NCBI GenBank assembly: GCA_025201805.1
Contig: MU619249.1
Location: forward strand, 306,563 to 347,042
From: Parasitella parasitica NRRL 2501
Lineage: Eukaryota > Fungi > Mucoromycota
Direction of reading: 5' to 3'
Length of the DNA stretch: 40,480 nt
Made by a program: the position numbers and the translations under genes. Below the pieces are notes generated by a model. The model was not told the DNA's origin, did no database searches, and saw nothing but the letters and a program-made list of their open reading frames with translations. Positions 24,503 to 37,447 of the stretch are shown here, piece by piece; the stretch's first letter is position 1; each line of letters opens with the position of its first letter.

Positions 24503-26650
24503 CTACGGAAATCCGCAATATATGGAAGGTGGGTTTGTATCGTAACTTTCTCTACATATTGTACCCGTGGTGCAGTTCCTTGAAATCCATTGACCGAATG
24601 CACATTGAGCAAATGAAAACTCCCCACCACACCTGAAAGTACCTTCTAATTCGCATGCTTCGCCGGCGACAGGCAGCGGAAGGGTAGGAAACAAGGTAGG
24701 GACGGATATGGCTGGTGTTAGAGGAGTGGTGGCAGCAGTAGTAGTGGCATCATAGCATGACGTGATTGGTAAGGTATTTTTGCTTGTTACAAGACTGTAT
24801 ATGCATTATTAGAACGGATGAATGTTGTGCTTCCTGTTACAATAAACACATGTATGTATGTACCTTTCCAGATTCTTCAAGTTGGATTCAACAGTAGTAG
24901 TCCAAACAGTTTCAGCCGTGAGATGCTCTGGAAAACAATTAGAGAAAAGGGATGCTGCTGTACTACTTGAAGATGTTGTTGTTGTGTTTAGAAGTATAGG
25001 AGCAAGCTCGATGGGTGATGTATCATTTGTTCTAGATGTGTGCACGCATGTTACCTATAGGCCAGATTCAATAGTCCTACACTTACTCTTTAATCAGTCG
25101 ATAGATACCATAAGCATAATTAGGCAATACATCATCAGTGTTGCCATACGCCTGAGAAGCGTCCCAAACCATTATGCCACCAAACGAATCCATCGTTTTA
25201 AGAGGTTGGATCCGACTTACCAACTGAGTGTAAGGTACATAGCCCCTTCCAGCTGCACTAGGACTACCTGGAACACCAACAAATAAGCGTACATCTTTGT
25301 TCTGTGATCTTGCCAGCGCCCACGAATCCCAAATGTTGAAGTTGAAATTACCATCGTTTATAACGCTACAAAACTTGATTTGTGCCGTCTTATTTATTCT
25401 GCTTTCATGTATGCAATTTGTACATGTCTCTAATTAACACATCAACTTACATTATTGTAAAACTGAATCCTGCCATATAAATATTTAAAGCGATGTACGT
25501 GTAAGTGACATGGTGCATAAAAACACATAGGGACTTACATGACAAAATCAAACCAGGCGTTATTCAACGCTTCCCCTACAAAATAATCTGGAAAGGGACA
25601 TTGAGGAGCAGCAGCAATATAATAGGATTTTGCAGTATCGAGCTCTGCGCACAAGACACAAATTATGAGCATTTGTGGCAACTCATTACAAATATATATA
25701 ATACACTCACCATAGTTTTGTCGCATCTTATTGACAAATGAAGTATACCCTACCTTTTCGCCATTTTCAATATCGAGATCAAAGCCATCTACCGTAGCAT
25801 TTCCAAATGGACGAAAAGCGGTGGAATTTCTCTTGTATCCGCCGCCAAATGTATCCCATAATTCATCTGCTAAATCCTCTCCCTCCTTTACTGTTGCGAT
25901 GCCATAGGCGGGTGTTGCTCCTCCCATCGATAGCAGGATTTTAATGCCTTTGCTTTGACAATATTTGATGTCTACCTTGTGTTAATCGCAAGGATAAAAA
26001 AAATAAATAAGCCCAACACATAGTACCTCCTTCCATGTACGGACAATCCAAAAGCTGTGTCCCTGTATATCATCATTGCAATACAGTATTGTAAAAAAAA
26101 AGGTCATGCACAGTTCACTCAAGATCACCAAACTTACCAGGGATCAATCCCTTGCAATCTTGACTACGATTAGCTAAATCAAATGCGGTTGATCTTCCTT
26201 GTCCTATCCCAAATGCACGTTGTTTGTTGAATTGATATTTTCTTTTTTAAGGTTATTTCCGTTGAGATATACTATAAATGGACATACCGAATTGATGTAA
26301 GAAAGAGACAACAATGATATCCTTGTCGTTGCCATCACAGTAATAAGAAAGACGCTAAGTACAAAAAAAAAAAAGCACATATATAAGTATTCATGAAGTA
26401 CATTTTGTTCGTGTTGCAAACTGCTACTTTTTGCCAGAAGGAATGGCTGGGATCATTGGGTGCTACACTAGCAGAGTTTTGACCCCTATATTTGTACATA
26501 TGAGTACTATAACGCTTGTTTATTATGCTTTCTGCCGCTTTAAAAATACCAGTAATAAACAATGTTTGTGTTTGATGTAGCATTAAAAGCGCAATAGACT
26601 TTTCCTAGTGCCAGCACCAAGACTGATATTAATAAAATGAAAAAGTGCAT
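24503..26650 (-). CDS. Secreted GH18 class III chitinase with C-terminal Cys-rich carbohydrate-binding module, multi-exon
   Basis: Signal peptide MHFFILLISVLVLALG; IVYYWGQNS; DIKYCQSKGIKILLSMGGA; catalytic VDGFDLDIE; YYIAAAPQCPFPD; GMATVMMY; C-terminal CBM19-like GEACELEGTFRCGGEFSFAQCAFGQWISRNCTTGTIC. Confidence 0.93.
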
Positions 26651-26836
26651 GATCCAGGAATCCACATACTAAATCCTCTGTCCTGATTCCTCTTTTCTTA
26701 TATATACCACAACATAAATGATCCGATCATTCCCAGCAATACAAAAATTCATCGTAAAAAGAACTATAGACTACATATATCACACATTCATTTATTACCA
26801 ACTTTCTTTTTTTATTAAAATAAACAAATCAGGGAA

Positions 26837-27744
26837 TTAAGCCTGGGCCTCAGCAGACTTGCGGGGACCACGAGGGCCGCGGTTGTTGTTGCGAGGAGTA
26901 AAAGCAGCAACAGGAGCAGTAACCTTGACGCCAGAGAGGTTCTCAAAGTTGATAGCCTTGAGCAAAGCCTATAATTATACAGAAATAATAGCGTTAGGTT
27001 CATGTGTTGTGCAAGATCTTGACACCTCCAAAAAAAAGTGTTTTTTTTTGAAACGAAATGGCCATCGAAAGATCTTCACAGACACACGAACTTTTTTACA
27101 TGTCTTCCCCCACTTGCTTCATCAATTATAAATGCAATTGGATCATTTCTTCCATGTTTTCATTTTTTTTTTTTTTTTACAAAAGAAAAAAATACATCAC
27201 ACAAAGAATAGATTCATAAAAACAAAGATATGAAAAAAAAAAAGAGATGCCCCATAGTACCCAAACCAACATTTACAAAATAAAAAACAAGAGAAAGGAA
27301 AACAGACAAAAAAATCCGAGCGACCAACTTTCTGTTTCCAAAAGGTGTGTAATATATATAAAAAAAAGACCTACCTCGGTTTCGGGATCAACCTCAATGT
27401 TGGAGGTATCTAAGGCAGAGAACTCAGGAACATAGTTATCACGACGTTCACGCTCTTCTTCTTGCAACTTGAAAGAAATACCACGAACAGGGCCACGAGA
27501 GATACGCTTCATCAAGTGAGTAGTGAAGCCAGCAATCTTGTTGCGAAGACGCTTGGATTGGATGATGGAAACTTCATCGAGGATTTTCTTGTTGACCTGG
27601 AAGTCAAGGGTAAGACGAGGATAGTACTTTTCAATGACAACACGAGAAGCCTTCTTGACAGTCTTGGTTCTAACGCGACCCTATTGATCCTAGTTAATAC
27701 CTTGATGGATGGATGAACAGGTGGATGGATGGATGCCTTACCAT
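26837..27744 (-). CDS. RPS17: 40S ribosomal protein S17 (eS17), 3 exons
   Basis: ATG then intron; [27 protein letters not shown]...[44 protein letters not shown]; last exon [16 protein letters not shown]...EAQA*. Confidence 0.97.
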
Positions 27745-29451
27745 TTTTAATGATATTAAAATATAAGAGAAAGAATAAACCAGGATTTGACAACAAGTTT
27801 CCGATTTTATTCTGCTAGAAAAAAGCCACCTACTAGACGAAATTTTATTATAATACAGTATCAAGTCTATAAACTGTCAATAATCGACTATCTATCACCA
27901 AAATCAAGATGCCATAAATGCGTGACATGTTCTTTAGGATGGTGTCCTTTATCATGAATACAATTGACTGATAGCAGCCAATGTTGATTTGTCTCTCTGT
28001 GAATTGTTGTATGAAAGTCATAGTGCTTTCGCAATGGTCCAGAATATCAATCTTATCAATGTAAATAGACGAATTTGCTTTTATCCCAATCCTCTTTCAA
28101 TTCTTTCCCATTGAATGCACATCAAGGGTCCCGCCAGAATGATTCGACTGATCAAAAGACGTTGAAAAGAGAAGCTTGAGAAATAAACAAACCACATCTT
28201 GGGAAGAACAGATGATTGAAAGAAAGAGCAACATTGTAAGCAAAAACATTTGCGAACCCGTGATTCTGATAAAGTATGATAAATAATTAGCCGTTTACGC
28301 TCTGTGCTATGGTTTGTTGAGCAGTGTACAGTTTTCACTGCCCTATTGAGGTGTATAAAATACGGCAATTGCTCTACCGCACAAGTTTCTTCAAGCAATT
28401 AGTCTTCCATATGGCTCTACAGTGGACTAACACCTGTTGCTGGAAACTTCAATTGCCGCCTTGTTTTTTACAGAATCCAGATTGAAGGATCCATCAAAAC
28501 CCTACAATTGAAATTTCTTTGACATTTTTGGGCAATATCTTTAAAATATACCAAGAAAACATCCTTTACATAATTGGATAAATTTGTAGATTATTTTGCT
28601 GCGCACCCAACTGTGAGCTTCTTAAACAATTTTTAGACTAGACATTTTGCACAATCGTTGATTAAAGAGAAATTCATTTTTAGGCTAAAAGTCTGTGTTT
28701 GGCATAAGCATTGCTTAAAAAGGCAATTTCATGTCATTTCTAGATCAACATAGAATGTCTTTGATGTATGCATACCATAGAAAATAATGTGATTTTGAGG
28801 TCAAATTCAAGAAAAGGTGATTTGATTTAATTTTGGCTTATGAATCCTCATGAGAAATGATGGAAAGTCGACCATGGATTAGGTGATCGATGTTGCAAGA
28901 AGATAAGCCTGGTTTGACACTGATAGGGGGACTCCTTACTTGAGTTTTGGCAATTAAATTACTGTATAGACAATCAACAGGTACTTAAACGTGCCCTCGT
29001 TTCGGTTACGCTTTTTGTGATTCAAAAATGTAAGCTTTTAAATCCGTGAAAGCAGTTTTTAGCTGAGAAATCAACTTGTAATAGCAAAAAAACAGCATAT
29101 GTATGATGTGAGACTGATCAAGACAAAAATTTTAGCTGCTGTCTGCTATTTTGTAAAATTACTTTGAGTTATATGTACCAATCTATGGTAATATTGTTAG
29201 AAGTTCTCATAGAAAAGAGCAGCTTAATATACGTTTCAACGCTCACATTTGGCACTTTTTTTTTTGATGCTCACATTGTCCTACGCTTTTTACTAGAGTT
29301 AGCACCACCTACTCTAATAGAGAGCAAGTCAAGCAACCTTACCGTATCATATCGGCAGCTCTATTTTACGTTCCGAATACTGAACTTTTTGGTATAAAAC
29401 AGAAGCGTTTAAACAAAACTTTTTTTCCCTTGTTCAAGTTCGTCAATCATC

Positions 29452-30927
29452 ATGTCTTTCGAAATCCCTGGATACTTTCTCGATCTCAAGACCAAAAAAT
29501 ACTTCAAAATAACTCCACATGGACCATACAGCTTACCCGAGCTACGCAAAAGGCTACAGCGAGAGCAAGAGGAGGAAAAAGCAGCAGCGATGTCAGCAGC
29601 AGCAGCAGTCTTGGCCAAACGCAGCCATAATCAGAACCCCAAACCTACCAACTTTACCCAATTCGTTCGGCAGAGAGCTATGCTTGGTAGAACCGAATGC
29701 ACTGATACAGGTTTACGTTTCATGCTCACCCGCTTAAAGTCGAGATCAAGGGTTCACTTGCATGGACCGACCAACATATACAACAATATGCTAGTCGCAC
29801 TAACAGCAGACATGAGCGACTATGGACAAGTATTTGTTTCGAACCGCTGCAGTTTACAGCACTTTGGGTACCAATTAGACCCTTGTTTCGCCGTATGGAA
29901 CGTGGGCCAGGAGTTGATGAACAATTCAGAAGCCCAGTCAATGCATTTGGGATCTCGCTTATTCGACATGAGTGGCGTAACATGCAGATCTGTTGTAGGC
30001 ACGAGAGGAGGAACACTGTGGTTTCGAGCTTTTCCTGTATTACCGCCATTGCATAGCGAAGAGATATATTCAATGTTTACAGAAAACGGATCTATCAGAC
30101 AGAATGATCAAATACACGAGTGTCCCGCATCGCACGGAAGTCACTCTCTTGCAATAGCGTGTCAAGAGTACTCACAGCGAAAAGATTTGTTTTGGTGCTC
30201 GAGTTTGGATGATCAGCATAACACTGTCATTGTTGGAGGTGATCAAAAGGTCTATCGACTTGATACTACATTTCGGTTGATACAGTCTAAAAAAGTTAAA
30301 TCGTCAGTGTTTGCCTCGCACTTATCCAGCTCACAGCCCGCCATCTGTTGGTTTGGATCGCGAGACGGAAAGATTCACTTGGAGGACTGGAGACAGCCAA
30401 CTGAGGATACTGTTTTCAATGATTTCGTTCAGTCATCTTCGGTATACAAGATTCAGTCATTAGATAATGTGAGGAGTGGACATGAGTTGGTAACAGTAGC
30501 CTTGGACGGGTCTATCGACGTTTGGGATGCTCGACAGCCAACCAAAAAGAGAAAGTCGAGACGGAAGAAGCCTCTGTATTCATTAAAAGGCCATGTAAAT
30601 CAAAGCAGCCGCCACTTGGGATTTGATATAGACACAAAAAATCAGTTGTTGATGGCGTGTGGAAGTGATGAGCGAATGAGGATATGGTCCCTGGATCACC
30701 GAAATAGCACGTCTGATCCGTTATGGACATCACAAAAGTATGAAGCTCCTATACCCGCTGTCAAATTCATGACAACTCCAAGCAAATACCCGAAATTACA
30801 AGACGGTTGGTCCGATTTAATGCCGAGCTCTTTGAATTCAAGACAAACGCCTGGGATATTACTCTTTGGCACAAGCAAAGAGCCTAGTCAAATACGTTCA
30901 ATAGAATGGCTAACACCTGTCAAATAA
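29452..30927 (+). CDS. WD40-repeat protein, DCAF4/WDR21-like, intronless
   Basis: N-terminal EIPGYFLDLKTKKYFKI motif; WD40 pieces GSRDGKIHLEDWR, LDGSIDVWDAR (WDxR), LKGHVN, ACGSDERMRIWSL. Confidence 0.8.
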   Translation: MSFEIPGYFLDLKTKKYFKITPHGPYSLPELRKRLQREQEEEKAAAMSAAAAVLAKRSHNQNPKPTNFTQFVRQRAMLGRTECTDTGLRFMLTRLKSRSRVHLHGPTNIYNNMLVALTADMSDYGQVFVSNRCSLQHFGYQLDPCFAVWNVGQELMNNSEAQSMHLGSRLFDMSGVTCRSVVGTRGGTLWFRAFPVLPPLHSEEIYSMFTENGSIRQNDQIHECPASHGSHSLAIACQEYSQRKDLFWCSSLDDQHNTVIVGGDQKVYRLDTTFRLIQSKKVKSSVFASHLSSSQPAICWFGSRDGKIHLEDWRQPTEDTVFNDFVQSSSVYKIQSLDNVRSGHELVTVALDGSIDVWDARQPTKKRKSRRKKPLYSLKGHVNQSSRHLGFDIDTKNQLLMACGSDERMRIWSLDHRNSTSDPLWTSQKYEAPIPAVKFMTTPSKYPKLQDGWSDLMPSSLNSRQTPGILLFGTSKEPSQIRSIEWLTPVK

Positions 30928-31091
30928 TTGTAATACATGTATATAGTATATTATATGTACGACTTTTTTTATTTTATTTCCCTTTGTTGATGGAAAGTGA
31001 TACATGAGACTATTATAGCAGGAGTCGAGAATAGCAGAAGCGGATATGAGTGATAAAATATGCAATACTTTTTTTTTTTGGTCTTTTTTCT

Positions 31092-34079
31092 TTATAAACG
31101 AGTTGCAAAGGAATCTTGGTCCTTGACTTGCTGATCCAGATCAAACTCTTTAAACTGATCGTTGTCGCTAATATTAGTTGACTCAAATACAGAGGGGCTA
31201 CGGTCCAACAGCTTGTCAATATCCTCGTCAGAAATGACCTTATCACCCTGTGCTACAATCTGGATCTCTTCTCCATCTTCGGAAGCCAGAATGTCGGCTA
31301 ATTCGCGCATTGTCGTTTCCTTAAACTTGCTCACCGGCGATTTGAATTTGCCTCGACTGATAACCAGTTTCTCTAATCTACGCTTACCAGTTGCTCTTTC
31401 CAGCATTTTAGCTTCTATAGTCTTGGCTGCAGCGAGACGATATATAAGCACAGGTTTTGTTTGACCGATGCGATGAACACGATCTTGAGCCTGCAAGTCC
31501 ATTTGAGGGTTCTGTACGTCGCATATATTTCATGTTAGCCTATTGTGCCCTATTTAGAATAGCCAGCCACTATACAACTTACCCAATCGCTATCGAAAAT
31601 CACCACGGTGTCAGCTGCTGTTAGATTGATGCCTAGACCACCTGCACGAGTGGATAATAGAAAGAGTTTGATCTTGGATGTGGGATTGCTGAACTCGGCA
31701 ATCTGATCACGACGTTCTTCTTGATTGATAGAGCCATCTAAACGGCACACAGGCCAGTGCTTCAAACTAGTCGCCCAATCTTCCAGAATATCCAGCATCT
31801 TTGTCATTTGCGAAAATACCAATACCTTATGGCCACGGTCGAACAAACTGGTCAAGAGACGGTCGAGGAGGAGGATCTTGCCAGACTGAGCAGCTAATTC
31901 ATTGTTAACAAGGGGCTCATCGGTTTCGGGATCAAGAGGCCAGTCGAACAAGAAGGGGTGATTGCACACTTTACGAAGCTGCATGACCAGATTCTGTAAA
32001 TGTAAGTTGTTGATCTTTTTTATAGCGTTACTTTTGTGCTGATGTCTGGCGATAGCTTCATGGTCTATCGCATCTTCGACAGGCTCTTGGTCAAATTTCT
32101 CAAAAAACTCTTTGTCAGATTCTTCCTTGTAATTGATGATCTTTTTCTTGGATGCCCTGATAGAATCCTCTGACGCTTCTTCTTGGTCATTTTCTGGATC
32201 TGCAATTTTTTTCTTGATCAAATAATCACGGATATTGCGCTGGATGATAGCATCATACAAGTCTTTTTGAGGCTGAGTGAGAGGAGCATACAGGAGGTAT
32301 TCCTTCTTTTTAGGCAACGAAGCCTCAACTGCAAACATACAAGTTAGATTGCTAATACGTACACAGCACCAGGGCACGGCGCACACATACCATCTGACTT
32401 TAGTCTTCTCAACAAGAACGGGCGGAGAATCGTATGTAGGCTAGAGACAATGTTATCTTCCTCTTCCTCTCTCATGATGCGCTCTTGACCTTCTTTTACG
32501 TTGATATCAGAGAAATCAAACCTAAACATGCATACAAACAGAATTAGCCATCTCCATTCAAAACCTTTTCACTTGCCACACTTAATACCAAGACTGGAAC
32601 ATGTCCAGATCGTCGAAAATGTCAGGCAGTAGAAAATTCAATAAGCTCCACAGTTCAGAAAGGTTGTTTTGCAGAGGAGTGCCGGTCAACAAGAGACGGT
32701 TTGCACTAGAGTAGGTCTTGAGCTCTCTAATAAGCTTGCAATTCATGTTTTTGAGGCGGTGTCCCTCATCAATCACAATGTATTTCCAATTGAATTTCTG
32801 CAGCAGTTTGCGGTCGTTGATAATGATTTCATAGCTAGTGATAATAATAGGGAACGCATAGTTTGTTTCCTTTAATTTCTTCAATTTATGATTTACCAGG
32901 TGTTGACGTTCACTCTTGGAGCCGTGATAAAGAATCACATTAATGGAGGGTGCGAACCGCTTGAATTCATTGACCCAATTAGCCAAAGTAGACAATGGAG
33001 CTGCAATCAGAAACGGACCAGAAACTTGCATGGCCTTCAAATGAGCGATAAACCCAATCGTTTGCAATGTTTTACCCAGGCCCATTTCGTCGGCCAAAAT
33101 GCCGTTCAACCCATTCTCCCATAAGCTGATCAACCACTCCACACCTGCCAATTGATAATCGCGAAGCACACCACCAGTAACGAGGGTAGGCTGACGAGCA
33201 GAAAAAGAGGGCTTAGTAATAGGCCCCTCTTTCAATTCTCTTTTAGAGCTGGATTGTTCCTGAATGATGGCCTTGCTGATGCTGCCATTATCCTGTTTTC
33301 GTTTTTTGATATCCTACATGCGAAAGAATTTGAGTACCAAAACACTAGACTAATGCTAATAATGACATGTATACTTCTTCTTCCAGGTAATCTGTCAATT
33401 GATAATTGGCATCTTCCACTTTTCTCTTTTTGTTGTTAGCAGCAGTTGCAACAGGAACTCTGGTAGAGCGACGCCCTTTTCGAATTGGCATTCGTCTAGT
33501 TTCTGTGTTGGCAGGGTCCACTGCATCAATTGCAGCGGCAGCGGCAGCGGCAGCGGCAGCGGCATCCAATTGGTTCGCTCTCTCACGAGCTTCTTCTTGT
33601 TGCTTGGCTAATTTGCTACTCAGGATGGTAGCATAAGCGCCAGATTTTTCCAACAAAAACTTGAGACGCTTCATACGCTGGGCTTTGACTGTAGTGTCGA
33701 ATTGAGCTTGGGCCTACAATAAAATTCAGTGATTTGCAGATTAGAAAATCGAAATCATGGCCGTTTAACCTCTGCTTTCAACAACTCTTCTTTTTCAAGT
33801 TTGGATTCCTTCTCCATTGCAATCTCTTCATTAATGATAGTTTCACTCAGTCCAGTATCCAATGCTTGCTTGATTTCCTCTGCTTCGCTTGTCAAAAGAG
33901 ATGTTTGAGAAGTGGCGAGCTTTTGTGGGTGTAATTTTAGATGAGGTACATGGTAAAGACATGAGACTTACAGAATTGGGAGTTTCGACATCAAGAGAAG
34001 TGTCTCTTGTAAGGGTTCCCGAAGAGGAAGAGGGGGAAGATGAAGAACCGTGCTCACCAGACACACTTTCAGTTGACAT
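31092..34079 (-). CDS. HELLS: SNF2-family chromatin remodeller of the Lsh/HELLS/DDM1/Irc5 type, multi-exon
   Basis: [16 protein letters not shown]; [43 protein letters not shown]; [19 protein letters not shown]; [13 protein letters not shown]; [19 protein letters not shown]; [17 protein letters not shown]. Confidence 0.92.
33531..33565 (-). repeat. (GCAGCG)n repeat encoding poly-Ala in the helicase N-terminus
   Basis: gcagcggcagcggcagcggcagcggcagcggca on the plus strand. Confidence 0.9.
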
Positions 34080-34151
34080 TGGTTATTATAGAAATTGTAA
34101 AAAAAAAAGAAAACAAGGGCCTTTTTTTCTTTTTTTGTTGTTGTAAAAGTA

Positions 34152-34515
34152 CAGTCATTCCAGAGAGAGCGATTTTACTAGTTATATTCTTTATTTACTA
34201 CATTTTACAGACTTTCAGAATGGATATGCAATTTCTTTATGAAAATGGACAAGGACAGGTTGTTGATGAGAATGGAATTGAGCCCATGGATCTTGCTGTT
34301 AACGACGAGTTATTTGCCATCGAAACAATAAATCCTTGTACTCCGTTCCTAATGAATAAACCTCCAGAGAGTCCTTCTAATCCTGTTATGCATCCGGTTG
34401 CCGAAGAGAAGTTCAACGATGCTCATATGGAGTTATGCAACAAGAAACGCTATACAGTTTACTCTGTTGAAGACAAGAGTAAGTTTTTTCATGTATTTTT
34501 CAACAAATGCTTGAA
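34152..34515 (+). mobile_element. 5' fragment of a Tc1/mariner-like element
   Basis: TA|CAGT terminus at 34150-34155; ORF MDMQFLYENGQGQVVDENGIEPMDL...RYTVYSVEDKSKFFHVFFNKCL resembles Mucorales Tc1-type transposase N-termini (from memory) and breaks at about 34515. Confidence 0.6.
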
Positions 34516-34949
34516 GCCATTTGGCCAAAAGAGACGGCCAAGTGCACGTAAATGTGGGTGAAGAAAAGTGAAAACAAAGGGCCAAGTGATGGTAAAGAAA
34601 GGTAATGGGAGGTAATAGGAGGTAAGCAGAGGCAAAGAGAGAGGCAAAAAAACCCTAAATAAGGGCTTTTTTTAAGTTTTTGGGTTCTGTTATGACTAAA
34701 CAAGGAAAAACCTCAGAAAATTCTTCTTCCATAATTTTGCATAAATTGAGTAGCTTGAGTAGCTTGAGTAACTCACACGGGTGGAATGATGGAGCGTTGT
34801 AAACAATCAAACAATCAAACAAGATGACATAGCCTTTGATCTCATATTTTTTTTTCTTATTGTCTGTACCCCTTCCTTATATCTCTTATAAGTAGTTTTC
34901 AAGTGATAGCTACTTGAATTATCAGGTACCATGATAGTTGAATAATGTC

Positions 34950-36520
34950 GAAAACTTTCAAAGCCTCCTCCTTTAACCAATAAAAGTTGGTAAGTATTTA
35001 ATAGTAATGTTATCATTGTTTATTGACTAACGGGCTGTTTCTACGTACTTGCATGCTTTCATTTCGTTGAAGATTTTTCTCAAAGCTTCTGCCCATTTAT
35101 TCATTGAAGCATAATTAATCATACTTTGAATGACAGTTTTTGCTCTGAGAAACATATCCCATTTATTAGTTAATAGTTCTGATACTTACTTCTCGAGCAA
35201 TAATTCATGCTGTATATCTGTATCAATTTCGATTTGCTCCTTGTATCTTTTTGTTTGGTACTCAATCATAGGAAAGTGAGCATCTATTTCGGCCAAGGGA
35301 ATGTCGTTAACATTATACATCTAGTACGACAGCATTTAAAATTATTAATAATAAGATGAAATATTGTTTGGACATTTACTTACAAGATACGTATACTTAC
35401 AAGAGGTTTTGTTAGTTTGATAATCCATACCAGTGTGTGTTTTTATTCTGTTTTACTGAAGGTCATCATCGATTTCATAACTTTATCACCAGAAGGAAAT
35501 GACAAAGTTTGAATTAAGCTACCTTGAGGAGCGACTAAGGCGTCTGCCTCCATATCATCAAGTGCTATAGCTTTTCTGGCTCTGCCTCTCTCAGTATCGT
35601 TAATTTATCTGACTTGAATGCCTGACGTGGTCCTTAAATGGTCTTGCATCATATCAGGAAGAACAGTATCCCTAAGAAGATATATTGGAACATTTAATCT
35701 TTGCTTTTTGATATTGGTCAAGTAGACTTCTTTTAAGTGTCTGTGCCACGTTTCAATGTAGTTGTTGGTGTCAATAATTGCCTTTTCTTCAGGGTCTACT
35801 CCAATTGTGTTTTTTTTTTCAAGGTAAATTTCTTAGATATAATGCTGAAATTATTGCGTCTTGCATTTTCCTTCTTTTTCTTGACACTAAACCTTAACTT
35901 CATTCAAATCCTTTAGGGTCTCGTGTCTGCATCATAACAATCAAGCAGTCCAGTGCACCATTTCTCTTCAGTTGCTTCTCTTGCCCGAATATTTGTGGGT
36001 GATTATGACCCATTTTTGCCACCAGTTTTATTAGAATCTTGATTTTTTCATGCCTTCATTATATGCCAATGCCAAATAATAATTTTGGCACCGGTGTTAA
36101 AGATTTGGGCTCGTCAGGTCTATTATACACATGATTGATTGCTGCAATTTAAGTGTCAGGATTGTTAACCATCACAATGTATGGAAAATATCCAAATTGA
36201 CCCCTTAGTCATTTTAGCCAGAAGCGAACAGGGTATTGGCACAAGCTATTTGTTGCCATCCAAGCAAACCGTTTTTCTTTCTCAGTTTTCAATTAAGGTA
36301 TACAAATAGTAGAATTTGTTGGGGTCATCTAAGCAAGTTCTGTGTGGAGCCTAAACAGACCATACCGCCATTTTTTATTAGCAATTGAAATTGCCATTTA
36401 GAAAAAAATACTGCAAAAAATGTTCCTATTTGGTACATACCCAAATTTTTGAAGAAAGATAAACAATGAATTGTGGGTCCTCTTGGTTGATATTCTTGAG
36501 CAGCCGCATAATAATAGATA
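34950..36520 (-). mobile_element. Heavily degraded MULE transposase remnant
   Basis: Minus-strand fragments PHRTCLDDPNKFYYLYTLI, IIIWHWHIMKA, AIIDTNNYIETWHRHLKEVYL...IYLLRDTVLPDMMQDH, decayed SWIM MDYQTNKTSCKYTYLV; many stops and frameshifts. Confidence 0.75.
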
Positions 36521-36593
36521 CAAAATCTGCATCAACTCAACCTCAAAGATGCAACAACAACTTTTTCATTCGATGATTTATTTATTTATTGCA

Positions 36594-37447
36594 TGATTTA
36601 TCAGAATGAAAAATTATTCAAATAAAACGGTTGTGAATTAAACGATAAAGATCTTCTTTATTACATGGAAAAAATGATGGCTTATATACTAGTCAATCTA
36701 ATTGGACTGATGGGAGGATAAGATACAAGTGTGAGACATGGTGCGATGATTCACAGAATGGAACGATAGATTTTAACTATTGTCCATCAACATTTCCTGT
36801 TGAGTTATAAATAAGGAACTTAATCCAATGGGATATGTTCTTGAATTGTGTTCAGGATTGAGTTTACTTGAGTTTGACTTCCAGTTCGGAAATTGACACA
36901 TCAATCAGATGACATCACAAATTTTCATATCAGAATTGCATATAATCGATGATAGGCTTCGATAAAGAACAAAATAAACACTGTGTTGTGCGCCACAAGA
37001 ACAGGCATGATCATCGCTATCTGAGCATAACTTGCTTTTTACTGGGCGATGTCTCTATCAAAAGTTATCTGGATCAAACGTTTTTCGGATTTCTGTGTCG
37101 GAGTTTGAAATTTAGTCACCTGTTTTTTGATTATTCTGTGTGATGTGTCAATTTCCCAACCGGAAGTCAAACTCAAGTAAACTCAATCCTGAACACAATT
37201 CAGGAACATATCCCAATGGATCATGTTCCTTATTTATAACTCAACATGACATGTTCATGGATAATAGATACGATCTATCGTTCCATTCTCTAAATCACAC
37301 CATGTCTCACACTTGTATCTTATCCTCCCATCAGTCCACTTAGATTCACTAGTATATAAACCATCATTTTTCCATGTAATAAACGAGATCTTTACCTGAT
37401 TAATTCACAACCGTTTTATTTGAATAATTTCTCATTCTGATAAATCA
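36594..37447. repeat. Long imperfect inverted repeat: arms about 36594-36903 and 37141-37447, spacer about 235 bp
   Basis: Outer ends tgatttatcagaatga / tcattctgataaatca; inner ends ggaaattgacacatca / tgatgtgtcaatttcc; arms align over about 310 bp at roughly 90% by manual comparison. Confidence 0.95.

Noticed and set aside
27900-28700. Possible decayed gene around ORF 28081-28398
   Set aside because: Stops in all plausible frames and no family motif recognised
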